A DNA stretch of 64,000 nt, counting the filler, from Dirinaria sp. TL-2023a (taxonomy: Eukaryota), in the NCBI GenBank assembly GCA_051941275.1. It is 4 parts of 4 records of this genome, joined end to end, with 100 filler letters (N's around TTAATTAATTAA, not from the genome) between each part and the next. Parts side by side here need not be neighbours in the genome. Positions count along the whole stretch, not along the records: positions 1 to 16,280 come from JAVEBF010000498.1; 3 more parts are not named here. The stretch is one strand, 5' to 3'. Below the pieces are notes generated by a model, which did not search any database, was not told the origin of the DNA, and was given only the letters and a program-made list of their open reading frames with translations. A program made the position numbers and the translations under genes. Below are positions 1 through 13,756 of this stretch, piece after piece. Position 1 is the first letter of the stretch. The number at the start of each line of letters is the position of its first letter.

Positions 1-529
1 GGGTAAGAGGGAGATCTTATATTTACAGCTTCATGCGTTATATCAATGACACGATGGGAATGTAATTTTATGGGTTTTGAGATTTTTGTATGTCTTTCCA
101 AGGCTGAGAGGTATTTGCTAGGTAGGTTACTACAGGGAAAATTTTCAGGTATAGGAGTCTGGATCGCTGGCTTATTGAGGGTTCTTGGAAACATGTTGTA
201 GCATAGGGAGATGTTTAGGGGTCGCAGAGAGTATGGGAAGATTGACGGCTTTTGGGCTTTCTATTTTTCAGCAAAGGCTGGACTCTTGGGAGATGGAACT
301 TTGGGTTTATCTTTCTTCGCGGGAGAGTTGTTCTCTTGTGGCTGGATCATATAGTTGCATCCCTATTTCTCTCTTTGATGCTCTGAAAGTGCTTAATATT
401 TACTGACTTGAGCGGACTCGAAGTCAAGATCGTTGAGATCATAGATTTTATTTTGATATCAGGTTCTAGAATTGATATCATCTGATGAAGAAACACAACT
501 GCGACTCATGGATGAGGGTTGCTGCAAGC

Positions 530-2890
530 TTAACGGTTTTGTATTATGTCTTCGGCAAGTTTCTCGGCGAGCATATCTGTAGAAGAGTCAGCAGTAGTAA
601 CAATCAATTGCATTATATAACCCCTCACAAACAGTTGCCTGCGGCTGGCCCGGCGGCAGCAGGGGAAATATCGATGCATCGACAATCCGCAAGGATTGGA
701 CCCCGTATACTCTGCCCTTTGTATCAACCACGGCATTAGAATCATTTTTCCTACCCATTGAACCTGAGCGTGTTAGTAGGCACAATTTTTGAAAAGGCTC
801 TGCACGGGCGATGACTTACATGTTGCAGAACCATGGTGGAAAGGCGTCAGATTCTGCTTGATGTACTCCAATATCTGAGCATCCGTCTGAACCTGATCTC
901 CCGGAACAGTTTCGGGTCCAACGGTGATGCCAGTCGCTCTAGCGATTTCGCGAGCACGTTTCAATCCTTGCACTGCGAGCTCTTGGTCTGTTTTCGTTAG
1001 GAGGAAATTCGGGCTCACCAATGGGTTGTCGAAGGTGTTTGTGGAGTTAATGGTTACGTTTCCTCTCGAGGTGGGTGTGAGCACGGCTGCGCTTACAGAG
1101 AAAAAGTTATCTGCAGTCGTCACAGGTGCTATTGCCGTAGATAGTACCAGAAGCTCGAGTTCCGGCCAGTCTGAAGGAAATTGACTGAGATCGTAAAGTG
1201 TAGAGTTGCTGAGTCCCGACCGCAATGGCTTTGGAAGCTTTTCATAGGCTTTGATGGAATCTTCTGAGCGATGCATACTCGTCATTGTAAGGAATGGTTG
1301 ACTTACCAACCCAACTAACTCCAGGGTTGTCCAAAGGCCCAGTTTGATTAGTTAGATATTCTTCCGTAGCTCGGTAAATGGAGGCTGGGTTGCCAAGAAG
1401 CTGCGAGTTAGTTGTGACATTCACTTTGTAAGCGACTATATAAAGCGGTTGATCCTGCGGAATGTTTAGTGGGAGTAACGCCACTCAAGACTCTTGGGAA
1501 TCTTCACGTACCCACAAACCCTGGCCAACATGCTCAGATCTGGCTACAATTGGTATGCCAAAGCGTTCCAAGGTTGCTGACGGGCCAATTCCAGAGACCA
1601 TCAGCAGTTGAGGAGAACGAACCTGAACGAATTCAGTGATTTCGTTATACGATTACCACTTTTATGGCCCTACGTACAGCTCCAGCGGCGAGGATAACTT
1701 CCTTCTTGGCCGATAGTGTATAGCTCTTCCCCGAGGTAACCACATTGACGCCAGTGGCGGTGTTGTTTTTGTCAAAAATGATTCTCTGAGCAAGGGTTCT
1801 TTGATAGACCTGTAATGTCGAAGTAGCTATCGAATCTTGCAGGAATGATGTCTCGGACGAACTGCGCGTTCCAGCTCTCGGGTCGACGGTGTAGGGAAAT
1901 TCAGAAAATCCAATGAGCTTGCCACTGCTGAAGCCTGCAATATTCGCCAGCCCGAGGCTGAGAAAGGTACGCTTGATGAAAGAAGAAATTGGGTGATAGA
2001 AGTTCGAGTACGACAGCTGAAGCGGTCTCCCATCTGGACTAAACGCCTCTGGGTCGTACAGTACCTCACTTCCAGCTCCACGCTTTGAATAGTCTGGTGG
2101 CGTGAATTGTGAGCTTTTTTTAAAGTATGGCAAGATATTGTCGAAAGTGTAGCTTTGATCTCCAATCTGATCCGCCCACTGTTGGTAAGAGCCCTTTGTC
2201 CCACTGGCGCCGTCATTAGTAGTGTCACTAGCGAGAGCTCCTAAAGAGGTAACAACCGTTGATAAATAAGATAATTACGACCTGAGCTGGAGGTTCATAT
2301 CAGCATAATCGAAGTTGTCGCCTGATGATTCTGTATTCACCTTCCTCCAAGGCATTTGCCTTGGGTGTAAGCTATTTCGCGACCATCTAGTTGCTATACC
2401 GGAAAGGGTCCATGAGTATGAATTACTATGTAGATATTGGGCTAGATGTCTTATGGGACAGTAAGACATACTACTTGGGGCACGGTCACAATTCCCCAAT
2501 CGATCGAAGGCTGAATATCGGCTGGGCTTGGTGTCGAATACTGGAATACAAAGGCGGGGATCTGCGAGATGTTTCCATTGTCAATCTCGTAAAAGCTGCC
2601 ACCTTCTACGACAGCAACAGAAATATTTGGCTCTGCAGCTAGCCGATTAGCCACCGTGAGTCCTGAGGTTCCACCTCCAATAATCTAAGGAAGTGTCAGG
2701 TAGCCGTAATATAAAAATCGTTATAAAGCCACCACATGCGTACAACGTAATCGAAGGTAGCATTAATGCCAAGAACACCAAATGAGCTTCCTAAAAGTCG
2801 AGTGCGTCCACCCTTCTGCTGTGTATATTCAGCTATGGGCCATGCAGCTCGGACAAGGAGCATCCAGCCCAGCAAAGAAGCGCAGCGCAT
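530..2890 (-). CDS. Secreted GMC (glucose-methanol-choline) oxidoreductase, multi-exon
   Basis: Spliced reading gives signal peptide MRCASLLGWMLLVRA, FAD motif FDYV|IIGGGTSGLTVANRL, QGKCLGGS|SGRNY, KEVILAAGA, SRGNVTINS, PFHHGSAT and LRIVDASIFPLLPPGQPQATV..LAEK. Several GT-AG introns. Confidence 0.93.
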
Positions 2891-4869
2891 ATTAAAGAGC
2901 GTTAAGAAGACCCTTGAAGCTGTGGCAAAGAGGTGACAAGAGACCGAGGTTGAGGCAGCGTTGTGAGCTGAAAGCAAAGGTAATATCGAATTCCCAAGTA
3001 CATTTAACGGTGATATGCCATATTTCAACTACCTGGATGCCGGGCGGGCTAATGCGAAGACCACGGAGTTGCTCGGAGATAGGAAGAAGCCATGCTGAAG
3101 CACCTGCACCTAAAAAGTAGGATGGCTATCTTATACTCCTTTTGTCCTTACCATCCTAGTCTTTCGACAGCAGTGAAGCCGATCTTTGCACCCGCTCGCT
3201 CACCTCATATACTTTACCTTATACGTTGGTTATTGAGAGCTTCACGGAGCGGTTTACAGTGTACCGGTCCCAATGGCTCGCCATGCTCCTAGCTTTCTTG
3301 ATGATAACCGTCATGAGCTTATCACGACGAGCAGATCCTCACCTGCCATGTTGGCGGTCGAGTGCTCTATGATGCTGGTTCAGCACGCACAATTGTTATA
3401 GATTTCCATGGTGCTATCTTCGTGTACGATGTATGCTATTCTTTAGGAGTCGAGCATGAGCTCATGGCGAATTGCCATATTGCTTTCGGGTTGCCTGTTA
3501 CGGACAGAATTTGCCGAGTCGCTGAGTGCGAGTCCTACCCGCAGCGGGCTCCGAGGCGACTCCAGATAGTCTTAAGATACTTTCGCCCAAGGGCCCGTCG
3601 TTATTGAGATTCATTGCAACCTGAAAATCTGGTCAAAACCGTAAGATAGACTAAGAGACATGTACATAAACGTCACCAATAGCACGACGCCACTCTCTTC
3701 ACTATACCTGATTGGGGCATATACTATACTCAATCGGGTGACGATTCCGCAGGGCACTCCTCCGCTCCTCCTGTCACATTCGACGATAGCAGAAAGGTAT
3801 GATCATCATTATTTCCCCCCCAGTCTTTGAATCTGGAATATATACTCGAAGTTTCCAGCGAATGTCATTCGTTCTGCTGCATCTTGCCACCGATATTGCA
3901 CACCGAGTTTAGACTTTTATGAGAACGTTTTGCTTGAAAGATCTTCTACGTCACTTTGTCACGACATATTCCTGTGTCTTCGCATGCTTGTTGTATTCAT
4001 GATAGGGTAGGCCAAGTAATCTATGTTCGCGCATAACCTCCTGCAAGGGTCCTCGAATGAATGGTCATGACGGCGAAAAAGATGCATGTATAGAAAAATC
4101 GACAGCAATGAGTATCTGCGTACTCAAGCAACCGCGTGTGTCAACGAGTCGAAGTCGTCACCCGATTATGTACATGTAGATCAGAGAGCTTGATATGCAG
4201 CAGGAGCTTTAGACAGAGTAATATAGCGCTAATTAAGCGAAAAATGATGAGTAAGCAAAAAAACAATGTAAGAGTCAAAGTAAATTAGGTAGGTCCTGAC
4301 TAGCACCGTCAACTAGAAGTCGCCTGGGAGAACCCCCGAGTTAATCACCCGGACCCCCCAAGTTGCTACCTAAAACATAACTGTGCTTACCAAAGAGCAC
4401 CTGTAGCCACCTAAACGACAAGTCCCGCGCACACACAAGATCGGGCATGAACAACACTCAGGCTTCAAATCACTGCTCAATTGGATTTTAGGTTCATTCT
4501 TCTTGATTGGATTGAGATAATGTATACTACCTCGGACTCGGTCAGATTGGGAGCTTTCCTCTCTATTTACTTCTAATGAGAAGCCAACACTCCGACATTC
4601 CAACTGACAAAGTCCGCCTGTTTAGTACCGTACTACTTAGCCCTTTTGGAAAACTGCCCTATGAAGAGATGCTTCTGTATTCCGCAATGGTCAGAGAGTG
4701 TCCTGCGGAGACTCAATTTTTAGCGTTCGCAGTTCGGGGAACATCTTGGGATTTTGTCTCGTAATTGGTATCATGATATCTATCTCAAATTCCTATCCCC
4801 AGTGTGTAGGAACAGGACATGGCTTAAAATCAGGCACGACACCTTTACACCACCTCCCAACCAAAGAAC

Positions 4870-5661
4870 CTAGGCATGCACTCTGCCCATTAGATACTTG
4901 CTCCGTCTAGAAGCCTCGGAATCCGACAAATCCGTGAATAAGTACATCTGCCTGTACTCGTAAAACCTTCTCATAAACGCCCGAGACTCGTCCCTAACAT
5001 CATCAAAAAACAAAACATGCTGGAACAAGATCTCCTTGGACTGCAGCCCTTTCGAGGCTAACTCCGCCTTTCGCAACCAGACCCACCAGGCGTCTATCCA
5101 TTCCCCAAGTGGTGTTCTATTCATACTCAATGAGTTGAACTCCCAAAGTGTGCAGTGGTGGTATCGCTCGATCTGCAGTAGAACAAGGCAATCCTCGACC
5201 GAGAGCTTGACTGTCCGATCTTTGGTGTTGAACTCCTTCCAGAAGCGAGGCAGGAGCTTTTCTAAACGCTCGACCAGAGCCCTGTCATTTTCGATCACTG
5301 ACTCGGAAGAAGCTGGGTATGGGAATTCTTCCGGGTCCTCATATGGATGATATTTCGTGTTCCGGAGGGTGACTTTCCCAAAGGCTGCGGGTGACCAGAT
5401 GTCGATTTTCCGCTGACGAAGGGTGTTGAGTGTGGCAGTCGTCAGGATCTCGGTCCGCAAGGCTTCATAGATGGCATGATACGATGGTGAAGCGTGCACA
5501 AACGCTTTAAGAGTGTGTACATCCGGCATGTGGCGTAGGATCTCGGTTTTTATTTCTGGTGCGAGAGATTCGAGGCATGGTGGAGGAGACTTCTTGGTAG
5601 CCTTTGGATAATGAGTGTTAGTGGCTGATTGCGGAGATGATAGATAGATGGGGCTCACCAT
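4870..5661 (-). CDS. Hypothetical protein with N-terminal F-box-like motif
   Basis: 263-aa ORF. LESLAPEIKTEILRHMPDVHTLKAFVHASP resembles the F-box-like start common to fungal orphan proteins. Confidence 0.6.
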   Translation of the reverse strand: MVSPIYLSSPQSATNTHYPKATKKSPPPCLESLAPEIKTEILRHMPDVHTLKAFVHASPSYHAIYEALRTEILTTATLNTLRQRKIDIWSPAAFGKVTLRNTKYHPYEDPEEFPYPASSESVIENDRALVERLEKLLPRFWKEFNTKDRTVKLSVEDCLVLLQIERYHHCTLWEFNSLSMNRTPLGEWIDAWWVWLRKAELASKGLQSKEILFQHVLFFDDVRDESRAFMRRFYEYRQMYLFTDLSDSEASRRSKYLMGRVHA

Positions 5662-6768
5662 GTTGACAGGGTTGATGTATCTCCTCGAATTTGCTGAAGA
5701 TGGGAGAATTTGGATTGCTATATGTAGGAAATCTACTAAGCTTATGATATGGTGTAGTGTTCATATTTGCATCTTGGACTGTGTTTAGAATTGTGAGTAG
5801 TTCAAGTGTTGAATCTGAGTGACGTAAGACGATCTTGAGATATAGTACCTGTAGCATTTGAAGTGTGAATTCTAAACGATTTAAGAAGCGCTGCTTTTCA
5901 CGAAATCTATCCATAACGCGTTTCACTTGTAAGAGTCAATTGTTGATCTTGTGAGGAAATAAATCTCCGTATTTTTCCGCAGTCCCAGTCTAGAGAAAAG
6001 CGCATTACTATAACCACATATCGTTCTTAGATTCCCATGCTATCACTGGGTTAACTGATTTAGATGCTAGGCTCTGTCGAATTGATTTGACCGTCATTAA
6101 TAAGAGGCCGATTCAGGCGTGTTTGTGATTATAGTATTCATGTTTGTTCATGACAAGTTTTGACACATGGTTTAGCTCAAACGAGTCGTGAAGATTACGC
6201 TGACGCCGTGAAAGCTGCTGCACTCTGTAGCTCATGTGGATATGGGTAAAGGTTCTAACAATGTTGAAACACGCCATTAGCTGAACTGCGTCTTAGAATC
6301 CTGTCACAGTACGGGTACCTCGACGATATTCTTACATGCACAGCGATGGCTTCAGCTTTGCGGTGCCATGACCAAAGCTTCTAGGAAGCCTGACTGATTT
6401 TTCAATCATGATACAGCGTTTTAGGGAGTCCGCGTAATTCTCTACTCAAGTAGGTTCTTCGAAAGTCAAAGGCTAATAAAGAACAGCAAGAAGAGATGTG
6501 TGAGCATTGGCACCCTACCAAAGCTACACAGATCTTACCTGCGTTCGTTGCGAGGTAAAAGGAAGGCTCTCACTTTACGCTCATAAGCATGTAGCAGGAC
6601 ATTGAAATTCACACGAAATGTAGTGCGACCGGAATACTACTATTAAGTGACAAGGTTATATGAAGATTAAACAAATCTCGGTACCCAATACATGGCATCA
6701 GATCAAAGGCACGGAGGGCGCCGGGTTTCGTTCGAAACATATCGAGGACGATTCGCTGCTTCATAAGG

Positions 6769-8378
6769 TTACAGCGGGCTGACTACGTTTGGTGTAGTGG
6801 GTGAGACTCTCGTTTCTACCGGTGAAGGGACTGCCGCCGGTCTTGGGCCAGGCTCAAATGCTGGATGATGCTCATGTATATGTGTGCTGCCCGGTAACTC
6901 AGTCGGCGCGAAGGAGGTTGGTTGCTGCTGCTGTTGCACATGTGGATGTGGTTGTTGGATAATAGGCACCGGTTGGCTGTTGGGGAACCACATCTCGTTA
7001 TGCTGGAGTGGTGGTTGCTCTCCCGGGCCCTCTATAGGACTAGGCAGGTCCATTCTGGGATGCTGATTTTGATGGTAGCCGGTGCTGGGTGCCATGAAGC
7101 TTTGTCTATGGTTCTTCTCACCTGGGCCCATGAAACTAGGCCCACTGAACACGGTGGAAGCGTCGTTGAACTGACGTGCGTGTGCACGGACACGCTGCTG
7201 GCGAATGAAAAAGAATAGCAAGACCGCAATAATCGCAGCTCCTGCGACAGCACCCACTGCAATACCCGCCTTTGCGCCCACAGATAGCGAAGAGCCATGA
7301 GGTACAAGAGGGTAGCGCAGTGTATATATTTGATTCGTGACTGTGGTCGTGGAGGCGGCACGCGCACGAAGGAAAGCGAGTCTCTTCCCCTTCAAGGCAG
7401 TCGGTGCAACAAGGGGAACGGGGGGAACGGAGTAGCACGGCGTCTGTTGCCCGTATAAAGCGGCGGTGTAGACCGACCAGCCACTGCGCGTGTTATCAGC
7501 TAAATTGTTGCACTCGCAATATGTAGATGTCTGCGACTTACGATGGGCAGCACGCACCGGCTGTGGTTGTATAATCCTTAGGACAGACTTTCAAAGGGCC
7601 AGGCTGGTCTATATCAAAGGGACAGCATCCTGGGTTTGAGCTCGAACAGCCTTCTAACGGATATTGAAGCACATTTCCGCTGTTGAGAGTCGCGGAGGCG
7701 AACTGCGCGCTTGTGCATGACCCCGTCAAGAGAAGGCCACCCGTATAAGATACGGCTGAAGCACCGCCAGGAATGGTTATTGGCGTTCCCGCTCTTATTC
7801 CCGCTTTTGTTGCAGCTGCGGTTGCACTCGCCGCGGCACCAGATGGTCCATTGGACGTGATATTTGAAGAGGTCTGTCCTTGAGTCGTTGAGATAGTCAT
7901 TGAACTCCCCGACGTTGAAGTCACAGCGCATCCAAGGAAATTGGGGATCGTGACTCCGACCCGCTGACAAAGGTTGGAATTGAAAGATACGGCCTCTGTG
8001 AGCGTGTCCAGTCAGCGATACGCTAAGGAGTCTTTTGGAAGGAATATAACTTACTTTGCTGGTCGGCTGGAGAGCATGTCGAATCCAAACAGCAAGCCAG
8101 AACATTAATGTAGTCAACACTGCTGCACAAACATTTGATATCGGTGGTGGAACATGTGCCTTGAGCTTTCAAAACCTGAGAAGCAGAGAGACAGTTTTGC
8201 TTGGAAGATCAGCAAGTCTCTTCATCTGGTTTGAGAGAGAAGAGCTTACAGCACAGGAAGGTAGTCCAGCAAGATCCTGCGTACTTATAGTGGTTCCTGC
8301 AGTAGAAGACTGAGAGACACAGCTGCGAGGGAACAGCGCTGCAGCCAAGCTCGCAATTGCAGCAACGGCGAGATTCAT
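6769..8378 (-). CDS. CFEM-domain single-pass membrane protein
   Basis: Signal peptide, then spliced LPSCA|QNCLSASQVLKAQGTCSTTDIKCLCSSVDYINVLACCLDSTCSPADQQ|..NLC (CFEM Cys pattern). Followed by an S/T-rich linker, a second Cys-rich block, TM helix AGIAVGAVAGAAIIAVLLFFFI and a P/Q-rich tail. Confidence 0.85.
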
Positions 8379-8973
8379 CTTGCTTGCAGAAGAAAACTCG
8401 AGACAAATTCAAAAGGTAGCTGTGATATTCGAAGTACTGGAAGTAATCGAAGAGAAAAGCAGAACAAAGGAAAGGAATAGGTGATGTGGCTCCCTATGCG
8501 GCCACGTGAGAACATTTTTGTGACCGCATGCAGCCACATAGAAGCAGTCTTCCATTTGGCAAAAACCTCTTCTCCAGCCACCAAATTCAATGCTTGCGAT
8601 ACCTAAGCATCGAGCGACCTAGCATAAGAGTAGAGACTTCGCAACCTTTTCAACCAAGTAGAGTCCCTCAAGCTTGTGAAGGCATTCTGAGAGGATCACA
8701 TCACGAACCAGTATACCTACAAGTCTTCCAAAAGCGTCTAGGAACCTAGAGAATTGTAGTTCGAAAGAATATACTTGTAGAAATCGAGTACGGAGTACCT
8801 ACATGTAACTGGAATGTGAAATTCGCTGGCCGCAATAGGCTAGAGGAGGGTTGAAGGGCTTGGTGGGCTTGGCGGGCTTGGCGGCTCGGCAAACCTTCCA
8901 CTTACCGTGCGCAATGGGATCCTTCCGCCCGGTGTTCAGCTTCAAGCCGCGAACGCGACCAAGCAGAGCTGCT

Positions 8974-10317
8974 ATGAGTAGCAGCAAACCGCCTGCACAG
9001 AGAGAAGAACGTTTGTACGTGTTGGTGACAGGGGCAAATAGGTTTGGTACTTGACGCAGGATCCTCCATGGTGGCTAATGTCGAATACTCAGTGGCCTTG
9101 GCCTTGCAATATGCCTGAGACTCATTGATGAATTTGTTACTACCCATCTAAAAACCTCAGATCTCCACCTCATCATCACGACTCGAGACGAGCAAAAGAG
9201 CCGGAAAACAATCGCGACACTATCTGGACACCTAGAAAAGCAGTCAAGACTCTGGCAGGTAGACCTTCGCGAGCATGTTTCTTTCCGATCAGAACAGGTC
9301 GACCTCAGTTATCTCCCCTCGGTGAAGGCACTATCCAAGCTACTTCGGCAAACACTGCCTAGACTCGATGTTATACATCTCAATGCTGGATATGGGGCCA
9401 TTCTTGGTATCAATTGGCCCAAGGCTATCTGGAAGATTCTTACCAACTTCCCGGACGAGGTCACATATCCCACCTTCAACATTGGAGGCATTGGCTATGT
9501 CACCAAGCCCCAGATCGCAGGGGAAGATATAAAGTCACCTTTAGGTCAGGTCTTCTGTTCCAACGTATTTGGTCACTACTTGCTTGTGTCGTACCTGGCT
9601 CCACTGTTTCAAAATCGACAGGCAAGCACTGAAGGTACGACGAATAGGAACGGGCGTGTCATCTGGATCTCCAGTCTCGAAGCGTACGCCTCGACTTTCT
9701 CTCTGGATGATTTGCAAGGCATCAATTCACCTCTAGCGTACAATTCTTCCAAGCGCTTAACAGACATCTTGGCCCTGACCTCATCTTTGCCTACGACTCG
9801 GCGTTACGTGAATGGGTTTCTCTCGGGTCCTACGACGACTAAACAATACCTCTCCCAACCTGGAATTTGCGCCACCTCTTTCCATCCGGTATCCTCGACT
9901 GTGCTAAGCTATATCATGCTGGCGGCTTTCTATCTTGCTCGCTGGGTGGGTTCGGCGTGGCACACGGTCACCCCCTACAAGGGCGCCTGTTCGCCGGTCT
10001 GGCTCACCTATGCGTCTCAGGAAGAACTAGACGCGTTCGAACAGGAAGGAGCTGGGAAGTGGGGTTCGTGTGTCAACAGAGGTGGTAGGGAGAGAGTTGT
10101 TCGGACTGAGGTGGAAGGTTGGGGATTGAACGGCAAAATTGAGTCGTTGAGTCTTGAGACAGAAAGACGTAGAAGAAAGGGCGTTAAAGATGTGGCAAAG
10201 GCTGAAAGGGACACATTTGACGAGACAGGCGTCGAATGCTGGCAAAGGATGGAGGCACTAAGAGAAGAGTGGTGTAGTAGATTGGAATCGTTCGAAGAAC
10301 AGCAGGCAGTTCCCTGA
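8974..10317 (+). CDS. ERG27: 3-keto-steroid reductase (SDR, ergosterol pathway)
   Basis: VLVTGANS|GLGLAICLRLIDEF across intron 9042-9092. Also LNAGYG, LGQVFCSNVFGHY, IWISSLEA and YNSSKRLTD (YxxxK). Confidence 0.92.
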
Positions 10318-11886
10318 GGCATTACAAAATACCCGGTATCAGCGCAGATGAAAAATCTCAGTTATTCCTCTCTGCGACCCTCTCTATCAATCCAAGCAGA
10401 AAGTCATGGGTATGTGGCTCTCTCTGCCATCCCTCCCTTGGCGTTGCGGTGCCACAAATCACGGTTGCTACGGCGTTGGATCTGTCTTAGATACCGCTAG
10501 TCGCATCTTTCGGAAGACCTCGCTCATTGCAAGCTTGGAATCCTCGAACCAGTTGACTTCAAATTGACAGGCAACAGGGTAGCGCGTGTTTGGGAGCCAA
10601 GGGGGGAAAAATCACCTCATTATCTCGATAGATGAGCGTGACTTCCAGGTCCGAGCTTTTCCTGGGAAAGATGCATTTGCTAACTCATCTGCTCAAGCAC
10701 CGCTCTACTGTACGATTGACTCTATACAGTAAGGTAGAGATATGATTATTGTCCTGATAACCCTGTCCATGTTGGGCCCAGACCCGCAGGCAGTCTATCC
10801 CGCCCAATGCATGCGACTTTGCACGTGCTACCGTTTCCCACGTTCCGGCGCGTAAATTTTCTCCCTCTGTCCAGTGTGATGGGAATAATAATTAATTTTG
10901 AATTTTACCTGCAGAGCCTTGACATTATCTGTTGGCGCTGTGGCAGAAATGCAGGGTGAAAATGCAGCATTCGCGCTTCGGTGGGCATTTTCCACAGCGA
11001 ATGCAGCTCGTATAGGCGACAACTGTTGCGGCACAGTTGTTATCAATAATGATATTCCCAAAGTCGCCCCTTGCTCGCTTTAGCTCATGCTCACGGGGCC
11101 TCCTTTTCCAGAAAAGCGCCTCGCTTCGATTTATTAATTCTGCCAAAGTGTGGAGTAAATTTCCCCAGTAGGGATACGACTATCGATTCACGAGGTTGCA
11201 TTCCGGGATCATATTTAGAAAAAGGGGCGTCATTGTGCAGGCTCCCTGCATGCGGCATTCTCGTTTTCGGGATCCTTCTCGCTTCCTCTTCCTGCCTCTG
11301 TCTCTCTCTCTGTCTCTCGCTGCCTTTCTCTGCCTCTCTCGTCCTCCCTCGTCCAGTCGTCCTCCTGCGCCTCCGCCTCCCCCACAACCCCCCGAACAGA
11401 CATAATGGAGGCTGATGTGCATATGCAAGTACCCTCGTGTAAAAGGAACATTCAAGGAATAATCAAGGAACGGGAGGGTCATGTCACCACCTATTCGAGC
11501 TATCCGAGCCCGGTCCACGCTCTCCTCCGAGGTTCCTTCCTCGTAAGGCCCATGTACTGTAGTAGCTTACCTTGCCTTGTGAATACAACGCAATAATGCA
11601 GCGCAAACAGTTGCGAGGAGCGCGGGATCAGGCCCGAACAGCATCACCGAGGTGCAAGTCATGTGTCTCTAGCAAACATGACCTTCCCTTCATAAATACT
11701 TCCCGTTTTCCTTGACGTGTTCACCTTGACACATCTCAAAGACTCATCTCCAGACATCCTTATCTACTGTACCTACCTTAGCTTTCGGCATCCTCTCCGT
11801 CCAAGACATTCTCCAATCCTTCTCGCTTCTCCCTCAACGTACTTCAAATCATTCCTCAACTGACGATTACTCCCGTTCCCTTCACA

Positions 11887-12518
11887 ATGCATCTCCTTCC
11901 AACGCTCCTTGCTGTCCTTCCCTCCCTCTGCTCTCTATCCTCTGCTGCCCCTGCGACCAACGCGAACAAAGTCCACACCTCTCGGGACTTCAAATTGAAG
12001 TCGCATGTCCTCACTCCTGCCAATCCAGCTTTCGAGAACCTCTACCTGGAGGCCTACCACACCGCACCCGCCTACAATTGGGCCACGCTCTACCCCAAAT
12101 CTTCTCAGAACAAGGGCATAGTGGGCTACCTGAACGGCACAAAGGAAGAGTTCAACGAACAGATCACCAACCTCCTGTTCAAGGGCAACGGTTTTCCCTA
12201 CGGTTTCGTCATCGATTCAGTGAATACCACCTACAACCCTATCGAAATCAACGCTGGCAGCGGGACGCAAGGGATATTCATCGACCAAGGCGTTATCAAG
12301 TACCATAATCCTATTTCGGGAGGGTTTTACGGTAAGCTGCCTTCTGTTACACCGTACCCGTCAATCTCTGGATGAAGAAGCACGTAGACTGATGCTTATG
12401 ATTAGCGTGTAACAATACCCTCATCTACGGGCCCGCCGTCCAAGTCTTCTACAAACCTAAAGTCATCACCACGCCGCAAGGATGCTCCGATGTGGAGCTG
12501 GTCGTTGAATACGTCTAA
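11887..12518 (+). CDS. Small secreted / cell-wall-type protein
   Basis: Signal peptide MHLLPTLLAVLPSLCSLSSA. Intron 12332-12404 gives GGFY|ACNNTLIYGPAVQVFYKP..PQGCSDVELVVEYV*, with a two-Cys C-terminus. Confidence 0.8.
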
Positions 12519-13756
12519 TTCGCTACCCAATACTTCAGGGTTCTGAATCATCAACAGAAAATCGGCAGTATCAATTCGGCATGCATAAAGAGGAAGCGCA
12601 CGTCATCGGTGTTGGGTTGGGTCCACGGAGCGAGCGTCACACATTGCATATTTAGATCACTACGTCTCACGACGCGATGCACTCCTGGCGTTCTACTGTT
12701 ACTGTGCCGGGGGTTGGGGAAGGGAGTCCAAGATGTCTATACCTGCTTCAGAGCAGTGATCCGGAGACGGTCAAGAGCTCTCGCCTAGTAATGCTATTGT
12801 AATCAGCTCAGTGCTACCTTACATTGTAATATCTTTTGCTCCACCGTCTCGAACGACTTGGGTGAAATGATGTCGATTTTGAGCCTTGTATCAGTTCCGC
12901 GTCGCACTTGTCCGCCTGTCCAACTCTGAATGCTCAGAATGCAATGCTTCTCAACCGGATCCTACTGAAAATGTATATCGACGGTAGTGGTCCCGAGGCG
13001 ACAGTCATGGAATTTGCTTCACTACGTACTCATGCTGACGAGCTTGGAGCGACACAGCCACACAGCACACCATCAAGATAGTGTGGCGCAGAAATGTGGC
13101 TCAGCAGAGCTGTTTAGCTTGTGCATGTGTGTTGCGAATTCTTGGCGTCTCAAAATTCTTCCTTCGGTATGCGCAATTACCACTACTTCCTGTCGTCTAC
13201 CGATGTCTTCTTCCACAACTCAGTGCTTTAGGAGTAGAATTGCAAAATCAGCTTCTTTTCCTAGCGTCTTGTGATATTTGACGATTTATTGATTTGACGG
13301 TGGCACTTTCATGGTGAATTAGTTCATCATCGCTTCGGAAAAACGTCATTTCCTTGAGTAGTTCTTTGGCTGGAGAGGAACGGATACGTTTAATTCTGCG
13401 ACAGCAAAGGTTTGAAGAGTACTGTATTGATAGATGAGATTGAATTGTTGGATTTTACCTCTGATATTGGTGGCTGACTGAATTTCGAGATGCCAAGATT
13501 TCGCAATACACATGCACACGCCAAATTCTCGCCACCAGCTGAACGATTAGCGCCAACTTCTAGCCATGCCCCATCTTGGGGTGGATGCGGAGATGTGATG
13601 AGGGTGTCAGCCTCAATTTATCATGGCCAATAAAAAGCACCTCCCCCGCAGTCTCGACAGACTTGGTGGGCTACACAAAGATACATACAAGATACATACA
13701 CGTTCCACGCGACATAAGATACCCTAGGTACTGCGCGCAGTAGGTAAGATAATCTT

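Noticed and set aside
11071..11596. Overlapping ORFs rich in E/R or L/S
   Set aside because: Produced by a CT microsatellite/pyrimidine tract in the promoter region of the gene at 11887.
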